Made by a program: the position numbers and the translations under genes | DNA from: Candidatus Palauibacter ramosifaciens | GTDB lineage: Bacteria; Gemmatimonadota; Gemmatimonadetes; Palauibacterales; Palauibacteraceae | Reading direction: 5' to 3' | Length of the DNA: 64,000 nt | Assembly: GCA_009845855.1 (NCBI GenBank) | Contig: VXYT01000034.1 | Coordinates: 64,820-128,819 of the forward strand | The notes under the pieces: model-generated | The model's database searches: none | Told to the model about the DNA's origin: nothing | The model's input: only the letters and a program-made list of their open reading frames with translations | In this document: positions 46,012-56,216 of the stretch, in pieces | Numbering within the stretch: position 1 is the stretch's first letter | Layout of the letters: each line of letters starts with the position of its first letter

Positions 46012-47142
46012 CTAGGCCACGGCGCGGTAGTCCTCGATCTCCCGAAACCCCAGCCCCCCCAGCGCCTCCCGGATCTCGCGGCGGGCTCCGGGCGTGCCGA
46101 CGGCGAGGAGCACGTACGGGCGGGCGGGGGCGGCGAACCCCGGGAGGTCCTCTGGGCGGAGGACGATGGCGCCGTGGATGTTCTGGCCGATCTTGCGCGG
46201 GTCCAGGTCCACGAACGCCTCCACCGGGCGGGCGCGACTCGCGGCGCCTCCCTGCTCGAGCCAGCCGCGCGCGAAGGCCTTGCCGACCTTGCCCGCGCCC
46301 CAGATGACGAGCGGCCGTCCAGCCGGCAGGCAACCGGCCGAGAGGTGCGCGACCTTCAGACGCCGGAACGCATCGCGGCCGTAGCGGTCCGACCGCTCCG
46401 AGAGCCGATGCGGGCCCAGGCGCCACTCGTGGAGCACCCGCGGCACGTTCGTCATGCGGCAGCCCGCCGCGGACAGCCGCAGGATGAGGTCGTAGTCCTC
46501 CGGTCCCCCTGAGTCGCGATAGCCGCCGACCGCCTCGAAGGCGTCGCGCCGCACCATCAGCGTGGGGTGGGCGATCGGACACTCGACGAACAGGTCCCGC
46601 TCGATCGCGGCGGGTTCGGTAAGCCCGTTGATCCAGCGCTCGTAGCGGAGGTAGCCCGAGCCGCGCCGCGGCCGCGGGAAGTAGCGGACGCCCGTGCCAC
46701 ACGCCGCGACACCGGGGCGCCGGGCAAGGAGACGGAGTTGCGCGGCCAGCCGGCCCGGGCGCGCGATGTCGTCGGCGTCCATGCGGGCGAGGAGCGGCGA
46801 CCGCGCCTCACCCGACAGCCGGCGCAGGGCCGCGACGATCCCTGAACCGTCTCGATCGATGAGGCGGACGCGGGGGTCCCGGTCCGCCCACGCCTGCAGC
46901 AGCGGCCCGGTGCCGTCTCTCGACCCATCATCGAGCGCGAGCACCTCGAAGCGCGGCTCGGACTGGGCGGCGAGGCTCTCGATGCACGCGCCCAGGAAGG
47001 GTTCGGCGTCCCGGCACGGCAGCAGGATGGAGACGCGCCGCGCGTCCACCGGGTTCACGCCCGGGTTCACGCCCTGGTTCTCGCCCGGGTTCACGCCTGC
47101 TGTGTCCGGGTCACGCCGACTCGGCTCCGGTGACGGCCGCAT
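46012..47142 (-). CDS. Glycosyltransferase family 2
   Basis: [31 protein letters not shown]. The start may lie downstream of the annotated one. Confidence 0.9.
   Translation of the reverse strand: MRPSPEPSRRDPDTAGVNPGENQGVNPGVNPVDARRVSILLPCRDAEPFLGACIESLAAQSEPRFEVLALDDGSRDGTGPLLQAWADRDPRVRLIDRDGSGIVAALRRLSGEARSPLLARMDADDIARPGRLAAQLRLLARRPGVAACGTGVRYFPRPRRGSGYLRYERWINGLTEPAAIERDLFVECPIAHPTLMVRRDAFEAVGGYRDSGGPEDYDLILRLSAAGCRMTNVPRVLHEWRLGPHRLSERSDRYGRDAFRRLKVAHLSAGCLPAGRPLVIWGAGKVGKAFARGWLEQGGAASRARPVEAFVDLDPRKIGQNIHGAIVLRPEDLPGFAAPARPYVLLAVGTPGARREIREALGGLGFREIEDYRAVA
47049..47096. repeat. 12-nt tandem repeat x4 (GVNP/GENQ) in the GT2 N-terminus
   Basis: CCGGGTTCACGC x2, CCTGGTTCTCGC, CCGGGTTCACGC. 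Confidence 0.9.
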
Positions 47143-50056
47143 CGCGCCCGAGCCGCTGCGCCCGCGCGCGGAGGAAGAGGCCCGTGAGCGAGGCCTCGGA
47201 CTCCGCGATTACGTCGGGCGGGCCCGCCGCCACGATGCGGCCGCCGTCCTCCGCGGCCCCGGGCCCCATGTCGATGACCCAGTCCGCTTCCGCAACCACG
47301 TCGAGGTTGTGTTCGACGACGACGACGGCGTGCCCCTCCTTCACGAGTTCCCGCAGCACCGCGACCAGCGTGCCGACTTCCGCCACCCCGAGGCCGACGG
47401 TGGGCTCGTCGAGAATGTACAGCCTGCGGCCCGCACCTCCCCGGCGCGCGAGTTCCCGGGCGATCTTGAGGCGCTGCGCCTCGCCTCCGGAGAGCGTCGT
47501 GGCCGGCTGGCCGAGTCGAAGATACCCGAGACCCACTCGTTGCAGTTGCCACAGCCGGGCGCCGAGCCGGTCGTGCCGGATGAAGAAGCGAATCGCCTCG
47601 TCGACGGTCATGTCGAGGGCGTCACGGATCGAGCGGCCGCGGATCCCGATCTCCAGCACCTCCGGACGGTAGCGCGACCCTCCGCACGCTTCGCACGGTA
47701 CGGAAACGTCGGCCAGGAAGACCATCTCCACCGTCTCCTCTCCCGCGCCCTTGCAGCGCTCGCAGCGTCCGCCCGGGCGGTTGAAGGAGAAGTACCCTGC
47801 CTCATAGCCGCGCGCGCGAGCCTCCGGGAGGGCGGCGTACGCGTTCCTCAGCGCGGTGAAGGCTCCGATGTAGGTCGCGGGATTCGAGCGCGGAGTGCGG
47901 CCGATCGGTCGCTGGTCGACGAGCACGACATCCTCCAGGAGTTCGGCGCCCTCGAGCCGGTCCCAGGCGCCGGCGGGCTCGCCCAGATGCGGCTTGGCGG
48001 AGGACCGGTCCGTGATCTCCCGCTCAAGGGCGTGGTACAGCACGCCGCGTACGAGCGTCGACTTCCCGGAGCCGGAGACTCCGGTGACGAGCGTGAGCGA
48101 CCCCAGCGGAATGGTCACGTCCACGTCCCGCACGTTGTGCAGGCGGGCCCCGCGCAGGACGAGTCCGGGACCGCCGCCCCCCTGCGAACCGTCCCGCCGC
48201 GAACCGTCCCGCCGCGAATCGTCCCGCCGCGAATCGTCCCGCCGCGAACCGTCCTGCCCGGCGGCGGCCGCCCGCCGCGCGAGGGCCTGTCCCGTGCCGG
48301 TCTCCGCCGCGAGGAGGTCGTCCCAGCCGCCCTCGAACACGATCTCGCCCCCCTGTTCTCCCGCTCGGGGCCCCAGTTCCACGATGCGGTCGGCCCGTTC
48401 CAGCACCGCGGGCTCGTGCTCCACGACGAGGACGGTGTTCCCGCGGTCCGCGAGACGCTCGAGGACGCCGGTGAAGGCGTGGATGTCGTGCGGGTGAAGG
48501 CCGATCGTGGGTTCGTCGAGGACGTAGAGCGTGCCGACCAGCCGACTCCCGAGACAGCTGGCGAGGCGGATCCTCTGCATCTCCCCCCCGGAGAGGGACC
48601 GGGCCTGCCGATCCAGCGTCAGGTATCCGAGCCCGACCTCCGCGAGAAACGAGGTCCGGTGCTCGAGTTCGCGAAGGATCGTCGACGCCACCTTGCCTTC
48701 AAAGGGCGTGAGGTCGAGTCCCCTCGCGAGCCAGGCGGAGATCTCCGTCACCGTCCAGCGGGCCACCTCGGCGATGTGCCGCCCCGTGACGCGCACGTTC
48801 AGCGCCTCCGGCTTCAGGCGGTAGCCTTCGCAGTCGGAACACCGCTCGGGAAGCTGATACTGGCGCAGAAAGACGCGGATGTACGCCTTGTACCGCTTCT
48901 TTTCCTTCGAGCGGAGGAAGGGGATCACGCCCCGGAAGCGCTCCCCCGCGTACCTCCCTCCGTTCAGGAGGACGTCACGGCCTTCCTCGGGAAGCGCCTC
49001 CCACGGAAGGGCAGGGTCGAGCCCGGAGGCGGCGGCGAACTGTCTGAGGCGCCCGCGCTCGCGCCGGTAGCGGGGCTTCGACCACGGATCGAGGGCCCCC
49101 TCGTCCAGCGAACGGCCCGGATCCGGAACGATGAGTTCAGGGGCGTACTCCAGCACGGCGCCGAATCCCGTGCAGGTGTCACACGCTCCGGCGGGGCTGT
49201 TGAAGCTGAACAACTGCGGCGTGGGCCGCGGAAACGCGCAGCCGCAGGCTCCACAACGATGGGCCTCATCGAAGTCGCGGCGCTCGGGGGTCGAGGCACC
49301 GCGGGGCCACACGAGCGCGACGGCGGCGCCCCTCCCCTCGGCGAAGGCGGCCGCGAGCGAATCCGCGATGCGTTCCCGGTCCCCGGGACGGGACGCGACC
49401 CGGTCCACGACCACGAGCGCCTCGGGCGCTCCCGTCAACGCCCGCACATCGTCCCCCACTCCCTCTTCTTCCTCCACCTCCAGATCGATGTCCGGCAGGT
49501 AGAGCTCGCGGCCGTCGGCGAGGACGCGGACATACCCCCGCGCCCTGAGGTTCTGCACCAGCCTCGGGCCGTCCCCGCGCTCTTCAGGGGGGACGGGGAA
49601 GGCGATGGCGAGCCGCGCGTCGGGACCGGAATCGAGGAGCGCGTCGGTGGCCGACGTCACGGTGTCCGGCACGACGGCACGCCCGCACTCCGGACACACG
49701 GTCGTCCCCACGCGCGCCCACAGCAGTCGCAGGTAGTCGTAGATTTCCGTGATCGTGCCCACCGTGGAGCGGCTCGACTGCACCCGGTTGCTCTGGTCGA
49801 TGGCGACGGAGGGGCTCACACCCTCGACGAGATCGACGGCGGGCTTCGGCATGCGCTCGAGGAACTGCTTGGCGTAGGTGGAGAGCGACTCGATGTACCG
49901 CCGCTGTCCTTCGGCGTAGATCGTGTCGAAGGCGAGGCTGGATTTCCCCGAGCCGGAAGGCCCCGTGAGGACGGTGAGGGCCCCGCGCTCGATGTCGATG
50001 TCGATGCCCTTGAGGTTGTGCTGCCGGGCGCCCCGGACCCGGATTCGCTCGCTCAT
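47111..50056 (-). CDS. uvrA: Excinuclease ABC subunit A
   Basis: ATG at 50056 ([16 protein letters not shown]); two Walker A motifs ([16 protein letters not shown]), Zn fingers, LSGGE signatures, LDEPT. Confidence 0.93.
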   Translation of the reverse strand: MSERIRVRGARQHNLKGIDIDIERGALTVLTGPSGSGKSSLAFDTIYAEGQRRYIESLSTYAKQFLERMPKPAVDLVEGVSPSVAIDQSNRVQSSRSTVGTITEIYDYLRLLWARVGTTVCPECGRAVVPDTVTSATDALLDSGPDARLAIAFPVPPEERGDGPRLVQNLRARGYVRVLADGRELYLPDIDLEVEEEEGVGDDVRALTGAPEALVVVDRVASRPGDRERIADSLAAAFAEGRGAAVALVWPRGASTPERRDFDEAHRCGACGCAFPRPTPQLFSFNSPAGACDTCTGFGAVLEYAPELIVPDPGRSLDEGALDPWSKPRYRRERGRLRQFAAASGLDPALPWEALPEEGRDVLLNGGRYAGERFRGVIPFLRSKEKKRYKAYIRVFLRQYQLPERCSDCEGYRLKPEALNVRVTGRHIAEVARWTVTEISAWLARGLDLTPFEGKVASTILRELEHRTSFLAEVGLGYLTLDRQARSLSGGEMQRIRLASCLGSRLVGTLYVLDEPTIGLHPHDIHAFTGVLERLADRGNTVLVVEHEPAVLERADRIVELGPRAGEQGGEIVFEGGWDDLLAAETGTGQALARRAAAAGQDGSRRDDSRRDDSRRDGSRRDGSQGGGGPGLVLRGARLHNVRDVDVTIPLGSLTLVTGVSGSGKSTLVRGVLYHALEREITDRSSAKPHLGEPAGAWDRLEGAELLEDVVLVDQRPIGRTPRSNPATYIGAFTALRNAYAALPEARARGYEAGYFSFNRPGGRCERCKGAGEETVEMVFLADVSVPCEACGGSRYRPEVLEIGIRGRSIRDALDMTVDEAIRFFIRHDRLGARLWQLQRVGLGYLRLGQPATTLSGGEAQRLKIARELARRGGAGRRLYILDEPTVGLGVAEVGTLVAVLRELVKEGHAVVVVEHNLDVVAEADWVIDMGPGAAEDGGRIVAAGPPDVIAESEASLTGLFLRARAQRLGRDAAVTGAESA
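48184..48254. repeat. In-frame 15-nt tandem repeat x4.7 in the UvrA inter-domain linker
   Basis: GCGAA(C/T)CGTCCCGCC units encoding [10 protein letters not shown]. Confidence 0.92.
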
Positions 50057-50131
50057 GGAAGCATGATGGCCGGCGGCGACGGGGCGCGCCAACGTGATTG
50101 GACCGAAGGCTGCGAGTTCGTAGTATGGGGC

Positions 50132-52024
50132 ATGCAAGCGCCGGACGGTCCCCTCCAGGAAGAAGAAGCGCTCGGGAAGGCGTACGACGCCCGTCTCATG
50201 AAGCGTCTGCTCGGGTACCTGAAACCGTACCGGGGCAGAGTCGCGATCGCGGTGCTGATGCTCGTGGCCGCCTCGGGTCTCGCGCTCGTGGGCCCCTGGC
50301 TGACGATGGAGGTCATCGACCACGCGATTCCGGACGGCGATTTCGGCGCCATCCGCACCCTTGCGATCCTCTTCTTCATCTCCCTCCTCCTCTCCGGGCT
50401 GCTGGAGTACGGGCGCACGATCCTGACCACGTGGATCGGGCAGAACGTGATGCTCGACCTGCGGCAGGAGATCTTCCGGCACCTGCAGCGCCTGCGGCTC
50501 GCCTACTTCGACCGCAACCCGGTCGGACGCCTGATGACGCGGCTCACGAGCGACGTCGAGGTCCTGAACGAGATGTTCACCTCCGGGGTCGTGACGATCT
50601 TCGGGGACGTGTTCACGGTCGCCTTCATCATGATCGCCATGCTGGTCATGGACTGGCGGCTCGCCCTCGTGACGTTCGCGGTCCTCCCCCTCGTGTTCGT
50701 GGCCGCCTGGCTCTTCCGGAAGAAGGTGCGCGAGGCGTACCGCGACATCCGGATCCGGCTCGCGCGCATCAACGCCTTCCTGCAGGAACGGATCACGGGG
50801 GTGCGCGTCGTGCAGTTGTTCCGGCAGGAGCGGGCGGCGACGCGCTGGTTCGGCGAGATCAACGATGACCACCTCGAGGCCCACCTGCGCTCGATCACGT
50901 ATTACGCGCTCTTCTTTCCGGTCGTCGAAGTGCTCGCGTCCGTCGCGCTCGCGCTGATCGTCTGGTACGGCGGCAACCAGGCCCTCCAGGGGACGCTCAC
51001 GATCGGGGTCATCGCGGCCTTCCTGCAGTACGCGAGACGGTTCTTCCGCCCCATCCAGGACCTGTCCGAGAAGTACAACATCCTGCAGGGCGCGATGGCG
51101 AGTTCGGAGCGGATCTTCCGGCTCCTGGACGAGGCGCCGGGGATCGAGGACCCGGAGAACCCGACGGAGCTTCCGGCGCGCGTGAGAGGCCGCATCGAGT
51201 TCGAGGATGTCTGGTTCCGGTACCTGTCGCCGGAGGAGGACGCGGCGGGGGTCACGACGCCCGCCCTGGCCCATGCGGCAGCCTGGGAGGGGGCGGAGGG
51301 ACGGCTCGACGAGGACGCGCCGGACGACGGCTGGGTGCTGCGCGGCATCAGCTTCACGGCGGAGCCGGGACAGCGGCTCGCGGTCGTCGGAGCGACCGGC
51401 GCGGGCAAGACGACGCTGTTCAGCCTCCTCATGCGCTTCTACGAGCCTCAGCGCGGCCGCATCACGCTCGACGGGGTCGATATCCGGGACCTCCGGCTCG
51501 CGGACCTCCGGCACCGGATGGGCCTCGTGCTGCAGGACGTCTATCTCTTCTCGGGCTCCGCCGCGAACAACATCGCGCTCGACCGCGAGGCGGTAGGGCG
51601 GGACGAGATCCGCGAGGCGGCCCGTCAGGTCGGGGTCGACCGGCACCTCGCGCGACTGCCGAAGAAGTACGACGAGCCACTGAGCGAGCGGGGCGGGAAC
51701 CTGTCGGTCGGCGAGCGCCAACTTGTGTCCTTTGCCCGCGCGCTCGCGGGCGATCCGCCCATCCTGCTCCTGGACGAGGCGACGAGTTCGGTGGACTCCG
51801 AGATCGAGGCGGAGATCCAGGCGGCGTTGGAACGCCTGATGGAGGGGCGGACGAGTCTCGTCATCGCGCACCGGCTCTCCACCATCCAGGGGGCCGACCG
51901 CATCCTCGTGCTCCACCACGGACGCATCGGTGAATCCGGCACGCACGACACGCTGCTCGAGAGCGGCGGCCTCTACGCGCAGCTCCACCGCCTCCAGTTC
52001 CAGAAGCCGACGGCCGCCGCATGA
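50132..52024 (+). CDS. ABC exporter, fused permease and ATPase (MsbA/YwjA-like)
   Basis: ATG at 50132; six TM helices, GATGAGKT, LSVGERQ, LLDEATS. Confidence 0.92.
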   Translation: MQAPDGPLQEEEALGKAYDARLMKRLLGYLKPYRGRVAIAVLMLVAASGLALVGPWLTMEVIDHAIPDGDFGAIRTLAILFFISLLLSGLLEYGRTILTTWIGQNVMLDLRQEIFRHLQRLRLAYFDRNPVGRLMTRLTSDVEVLNEMFTSGVVTIFGDVFTVAFIMIAMLVMDWRLALVTFAVLPLVFVAAWLFRKKVREAYRDIRIRLARINAFLQERITGVRVVQLFRQERAATRWFGEINDDHLEAHLRSITYYALFFPVVEVLASVALALIVWYGGNQALQGTLTIGVIAAFLQYARRFFRPIQDLSEKYNILQGAMASSERIFRLLDEAPGIEDPENPTELPARVRGRIEFEDVWFRYLSPEEDAAGVTTPALAHAAAWEGAEGRLDEDAPDDGWVLRGISFTAEPGQRLAVVGATGAGKTTLFSLLMRFYEPQRGRITLDGVDIRDLRLADLRHRMGLVLQDVYLFSGSAANNIALDREAVGRDEIREAARQVGVDRHLARLPKKYDEPLSERGGNLSVGERQLVSFARALAGDPPILLLDEATSSVDSEIEAEIQAALERLMEGRTSLVIAHRLSTIQGADRILVLHHGRIGESGTHDTLLESGGLYAQLHRLQFQKPTAAA

Positions 52025-52239
52025 ACGCCGCGCTGGACTGGGCGGCGGCGCTGGACCCGCGCCTCGTGCTCCTGGCCCTTCTCGCGGCGCTGAACCTCTG
52101 GGCGACCGGCATCACCGCGCTTTCCACGGCGCCGAGGCGGGAGAAGGTGCTGTGGGTCGCGGTGATCTTCCTCTGCCCCATCGTCGGCAGCGTGCTCTGG
52201 TTCGTGTTCGGCCCGAAACTCTGGGCGGAGAGGCGCTAA
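52021..52239 (+). CDS. Small membrane protein, PLDc_N-like
   Basis: 72 aa, two TM helices, KVLW..VI...PIVG..LWF..G pattern. Confidence 0.8.
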   Translation: MNAALDWAAALDPRLVLLALLAALNLWATGITALSTAPRREKVLWVAVIFLCPIVGSVLWFVFGPKLWAERR

Positions 52240-52276
52240 CGGGTCACAGGCCGACGGCTGCGTCTCGGGCCGCGGG

Positions 52277-53596
52277 TCAGGACGGCCAGAGCGGGCGCAG
52301 GAGGTCCGCCGTGCGGTCGGCGGCGCCGGCGCCCGCCTCGACGAACGCGCGGGCCGCCCGGGCGTGGCGCCGGCGGCGAGGCGGGCGGGCCAGCCCGGCC
52401 AGGGTGTCCGCGAGCGCGCCGGCCGGGGAGACGAGCCCGCCGGCGGCGGACGCGAGGGCGCGGGCGTCGGCCCGGTCGTGACGCGGGCCGAAGACGACCG
52501 GCAGCCCGGCCGCGGCGGGCTCGAGGACGTTGTGGAGCCCGGTGCCCCCGAGGCCGCCGCCGACGTAGGCCACATCGCCCGCCGCGTACAGCTCGGCCAG
52601 CCGGCCGACCTCGTCGAAGACGATGACGGAGGCGTCGGGCCCCGCGGCGGCATCGCCGATCTCGCTCCAGCGGATGACGCGGTGCCCGCGGGCCGTGCAC
52701 GACGCGACGAGGGCGTCGACGTGCGCGGCGGTCGGCTCGTGCGGCGCGATCACGAGCTGCCAGCCCGGGCCGCCGTCCCGCCGCACGGCCGACACGGCAT
52801 CGAGCAACGCCCGCTCGTCCACGGGCCACGTCGAGCCGGCCACGAGTCGCGGGACCGCCCCGTGCGTGGCTCCGAGCGCAGCGCGGAAGGACGCCGCCGT
52901 GCCAGCCGCGCGAGCGCGGTCCGCCCGTTCGAGCGCCAGGTCGAACGCCGCGTCCCCCGTCACCGCCAGCGCCTCGGACCGGGCGCCGAGCGCTCCGAGT
53001 CGCCGCGCGTCCTCCAGGGTCGCGGCACCGACCGCGGCCAGCCCTGCATACGAGGCACGGAAGAGCCGGCGGGCGAGGGCGCCGGAGCGGCGGCTCCCAT
53101 CGCGGACGGTGCCGTTGATGAGCGCGGCCGGCACTCCGGCCCGTGAGGCCGCCGCCACGAGTCCGGGCCATACGTCCAGCTTCGCGAACACGAGCAGGGC
53201 GGGCCGCACGGCGGCGAGCGCCGCATCGCAGTCGCGGGCCCGGTCGAGCGGCGGCGGGCCCGCATGATCCGGGTCGAGCCACGCGAGCGCCGCGCGGCCC
53301 GACGGCGAGCCGTGGGTAACGACGAGCTGCGCCCGCGCGCCGGCCGACGATCCGGACCGCGCACCCCGCAGATCCCGGATGGCCGGCACGGCGCCGAGCA
53401 GTTCCCCGGCGGAAGCGCCATGCAGCCACACGAGCGGCCCGGGCTCCCGCCCCCGTCCCCACGAGGCCAACTCCGCGGTGGCGAGCCGCCGTGCCACCAC
53501 CGCCCGCGCGATGTCCGGCCGGGCGCGGCGGAGCAGGGGCGCCGCGGCGAGCGCGACCCCCGTCGCGGCCTCCGTAAACCGCGCCCCGGCGTTCAC
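52277..53596 (-). CDS. waaA: 3-deoxy-D-manno-octulosonic acid (Kdo) transferase
   Basis: WLHGASAGE, K.DVWP, VTGD..FD, AGSTW..DE, IAPHE, D.VG.LA.LY, GLHNVLEPA. Confidence 0.9.
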   Translation of the reverse strand: MNAGARFTEAATGVALAAAPLLRRARPDIARAVVARRLATAELASWGRGREPGPLVWLHGASAGELLGAVPAIRDLRGARSGSSAGARAQLVVTHGSPSGRAALAWLDPDHAGPPPLDRARDCDAALAAVRPALLVFAKLDVWPGLVAAASRAGVPAALINGTVRDGSRRSGALARRLFRASYAGLAAVGAATLEDARRLGALGARSEALAVTGDAAFDLALERADRARAAGTAASFRAALGATHGAVPRLVAGSTWPVDERALLDAVSAVRRDGGPGWQLVIAPHEPTAAHVDALVASCTARGHRVIRWSEIGDAAAGPDASVIVFDEVGRLAELYAAGDVAYVGGGLGGTGLHNVLEPAAAGLPVVFGPRHDRADARALASAAGGLVSPAGALADTLAGLARPPRRRRHARAARAFVEAGAGAADRTADLLRPLWPS

Positions 53597-53646
53597 GGCC
53601 GCACCCCGGAGCTTTTCGCCCGCATCCCGTCTCCATATTCTCTCGC

Positions 53647-54786
53647 GTGCGCTATCTCGGGAACAAAACGAAGCTCGTCCCCTTCCTGCTGGAGACCGTG
53701 AACCGGTTCCAGGAGGCGCCCGGCGTCGCCTGCGACCCGTTCGCCGGCACCGCCAGCGTATCGTCGGCGCTCAAGGAGAATGGCTGGCAGGTCCATGCGG
53801 GCGACCTGATGGCGTCCTCCTACGCCCTCCAGGTCGCCCGCGTCCAGCTCGACGCGGCCCCGCGGTATCCCGCCTCGCTCCTCCCGGCGGCGGCCCGCAA
53901 CGGAAAGCGGGAGATCGGCTACCACGCACTGCTCGAAGGGCTGGCCGAAGTCGATGACCGCGACGGCAACGGTGCCGGCGATCTCCGGGATGGCGAGGAG
54001 CCGGACGGCCGCGGGTTCATCGCCGAGCACTATACGAGCGACGGAACCGCGGGGCGGGAGCACGGGCGCATGTACTTCTCCGCGGAGAACGGACGGAAGA
54101 TCGACGCGGTCCGGACGCGGATCGAAAGCTGGACGCGCGGGGCCTCCCACAGCGAAGCCGCGGCCCAGCTCCTGATCGCGACGCTCATCGAGGCCGCCGA
54201 CCGCGTGGCGAACACGACGGGCGTGTACGCCTCCTTCGTGAAGAAGATGCAGCCGAACGCCCTGCGCCCGCTCGAACTTCGCCCCATCGATCCGACCCCG
54301 CGCCGGGAGGGAGCCGGCGCCTGCAGCGCGTTTCGCGGCCCCGCCGCCCACCTCCTCGAATCCATCGGTCCCGTCGATCTCATCTATCTCGACCCCCCGT
54401 ACAACGGCCGGCAATACCCCGCGTATTATCACATCCCGGAACTCCTCGCGCTCGGCTGGGCGACGCCGCCGGAGATTCGGGGGAAGACGGGGCTCATACC
54501 CGACGAGGCGCAGCGCTCGGACTGGTGCCGGAAGCACCGGGCTGCGAACGCGCTGCGAGAGGTGCTCGAATCCGCGGACGGACGCCACATCCTGTTCAGC
54601 TACAATGACGAGGGGCATCTGGACCGCGCTGCCATCGAAGCGGCGTTGCGAGAACGCGGCCTGTCCGATACCTACGCGTTCCATCACCGGCCTTACCGCC
54701 GCTACCGGAGCGACGCCGACGGTCCGCGTCGGAGCTACCTGCGCGACGACGTGCGGGAACACCTCCACTACGTGAGGTGCGCGTGA
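53647..54786 (+). CDS. Orphan N6-adenine DNA methyltransferase (D12 class, FokI/NlaIII-like)
   Basis: MRYLGNKTKL, DPFAGTASVS (motif I), YLDPPY (motif IV), SYNDEG; no nuclease gene next to it. Confidence 0.9.
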   Translation: MRYLGNKTKLVPFLLETVNRFQEAPGVACDPFAGTASVSSALKENGWQVHAGDLMASSYALQVARVQLDAAPRYPASLLPAAARNGKREIGYHALLEGLAEVDDRDGNGAGDLRDGEEPDGRGFIAEHYTSDGTAGREHGRMYFSAENGRKIDAVRTRIESWTRGASHSEAAAQLLIATLIEAADRVANTTGVYASFVKKMQPNALRPLELRPIDPTPRREGAGACSAFRGPAAHLLESIGPVDLIYLDPPYNGRQYPAYYHIPELLALGWATPPEIRGKTGLIPDEAQRSDWCRKHRAANALREVLESADGRHILFSYNDEGHLDRAAIEAALRERGLSDTYAFHHRPYRRYRSDADGPRRSYLRDDVREHLHYVRCA

Positions 54787-55907
54787 GCGCCGTGCGCCGG
54801 GGGCGCGCGAGCCTCCCCGTCTTCCGCGCGCGCGCCGGCCTCGTGCTGCTCCTGCTGAGCGCGGGCGGCTGCTCGCCGGCCTACGTCCTGCGCGCGGGCT
54901 GGGAAGAGGCCCGCATCCTCTCGGCGCGCCGTCCCATCCGGGCCGTGATTCACGACACGACCGTGGCCCGCGAGACCCGCGACAAGCTGCGGCTCGTGCT
55001 CGACGCGAGAGACTTCGCCGAACGCGATCTGGGGCTGCGCGCGGGGGCGAGCTACGAGTCGTTCACGCAACTCCACCGCGACACGCTGGTCCTGATCGTG
55101 CTCGCCGCCCCGGAGTTCGACCTGCGCTGGAAGACGTGGTGGTTCCCCATCGTCGGCCACGTTCCCTACAAGGGATACTTCGACTTCGACGACGCCCGCG
55201 CGGAGGCGGCCGGCCTGGCCGAGGAAGGCTACGACGTCTCGGTGCGGCCGGTCTCCGCCTTCTCGACGCTGGGCTGGTTCCCCGACCCGATCATGTCGAC
55301 GACGCTGCGCCTCGACAGCCTCGGGATCGTCGAGACGGTGATCCACGAGATCACGCACAGCACGTACTTCCCCACGGGCCAGGCGGACTTCAACGAGAGC
55401 TTCGCGAACTTCGTCGGGTACCGCGGCGCCATCGAGTTCTTCTGCGAGGCGGTGGCGGAGGAGAGCGCCTGCGTGCGGGCGCGGTGGAGGTGGGAGGACA
55501 CGCGCCTGTTCGGCGACTTCTTCCATTCCATCCTCGCGCCGCTGGAGGAGGTGTACGCCTCCACCCTGCCCGACGACGCGAAGCGGGCCGCCAAGCGCGA
55601 GGTGTTCGAGGCGGCGGCCCAACGCTTCGAGACGGAGTACAAGCCGCGGCTGCACGCGCAGTATGGCTCGATCGACCCGGACGGTCTCGACAACGCGTGG
55701 ATGATCTCGCGCCTGCTCTACTACACGAGGCTGGATGACTTCGAGCGCGTGTACGAGTCGCACGGCGCCCTGGTGCCCTCGGTCGCGGCGCTGATGCGGG
55801 AGACCGCGGACGGCGATCCGTGGGAGGCCCTGACGCGCCTTGTGGGTCCTGCGGACACGGATCCCGCCGAAACCGACGACTCCGCGACCACGGAAGGTTC
55901 GAGATGA
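54783..55907 (+). CDS. Putative zinc aminopeptidase lipoprotein (PF10023-like)
   Basis: Lipobox AGGC, W.FPIVG.VPYKGYF, AFSTLGWF.DP, IHEITH, NESFA. Confidence 0.85.
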   Translation: MSAVRRGRASLPVFRARAGLVLLLLSAGGCSPAYVLRAGWEEARILSARRPIRAVIHDTTVARETRDKLRLVLDARDFAERDLGLRAGASYESFTQLHRDTLVLIVLAAPEFDLRWKTWWFPIVGHVPYKGYFDFDDARAEAAGLAEEGYDVSVRPVSAFSTLGWFPDPIMSTTLRLDSLGIVETVIHEITHSTYFPTGQADFNESFANFVGYRGAIEFFCEAVAEESACVRARWRWEDTRLFGDFFHSILAPLEEVYASTLPDDAKRAAKREVFEAAAQRFETEYKPRLHAQYGSIDPDGLDNAWMISRLLYYTRLDDFERVYESHGALVPSVAALMRETADGDPWEALTRLVGPADTDPAETDDSATTEGSR

Positions 55908-56191
55908 CGGAACCGTTCGCCTGCGTACGCTGCGATCGCGACGACGGGGCCCGGATCGAGCGTGTCCCGTTCCCGAGCGCACTCGGCGAGCGGATCGTGG
56001 CCGAGATCTGCGCCGCCTGCTGGGAGGAGTGGAAGCAGCGGCAGATGCTCCTCATCAACCACTACGGGCTCAAGCTCCACGAGGCGGCGGCGCGCGAATT
56101 CCTCTACAAGAACCTGAGGATCCACCTCTTCGGCGAGGAGGGCACCGCCGCCCCCATCGACACCGGCGCGGAAGGCTCCGTCGACTGGTAG
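55904..56191 (+). CDS. Fe(II)-trafficking / oxidative damage protection protein (YggX-like)
   Basis: ATGA overlap; C..C, PFP..LG.RI...IC..CW.EW..RQ.LLINHYGL. Confidence 0.88.
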   Translation: MTEPFACVRCDRDDGARIERVPFPSALGERIVAEICAACWEEWKQRQMLLINHYGLKLHEAAAREFLYKNLRIHLFGEEGTAAPIDTGAEGSVDW

Positions 56192-56216
56192 GGCGCGCTC
56201 GCCCGGCAGCATCGAT

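Noticed and set aside
9474-48254. Short repeats as CRISPR arrays
   Set aside because: Units are 12-21 nt, directly adjacent with no unique spacers, and no cas genes are present.
47111-50056. UvrA as a DrrC-like class II drug-resistance protein beside an ABC exporter
   Set aside because: The insertion corresponding to the UvrB-binding domain appears present, and no biosynthetic cluster is nearby.
46694-52024. The 1776-aa and 1625-aa giant ORFs in the track
   Set aside because: They are stop-free extensions in GC-rich DNA: antisense shadows of uvrA and the ABC exporter joined to the real genes, which start at 50056 (minus) and 50132 (plus).
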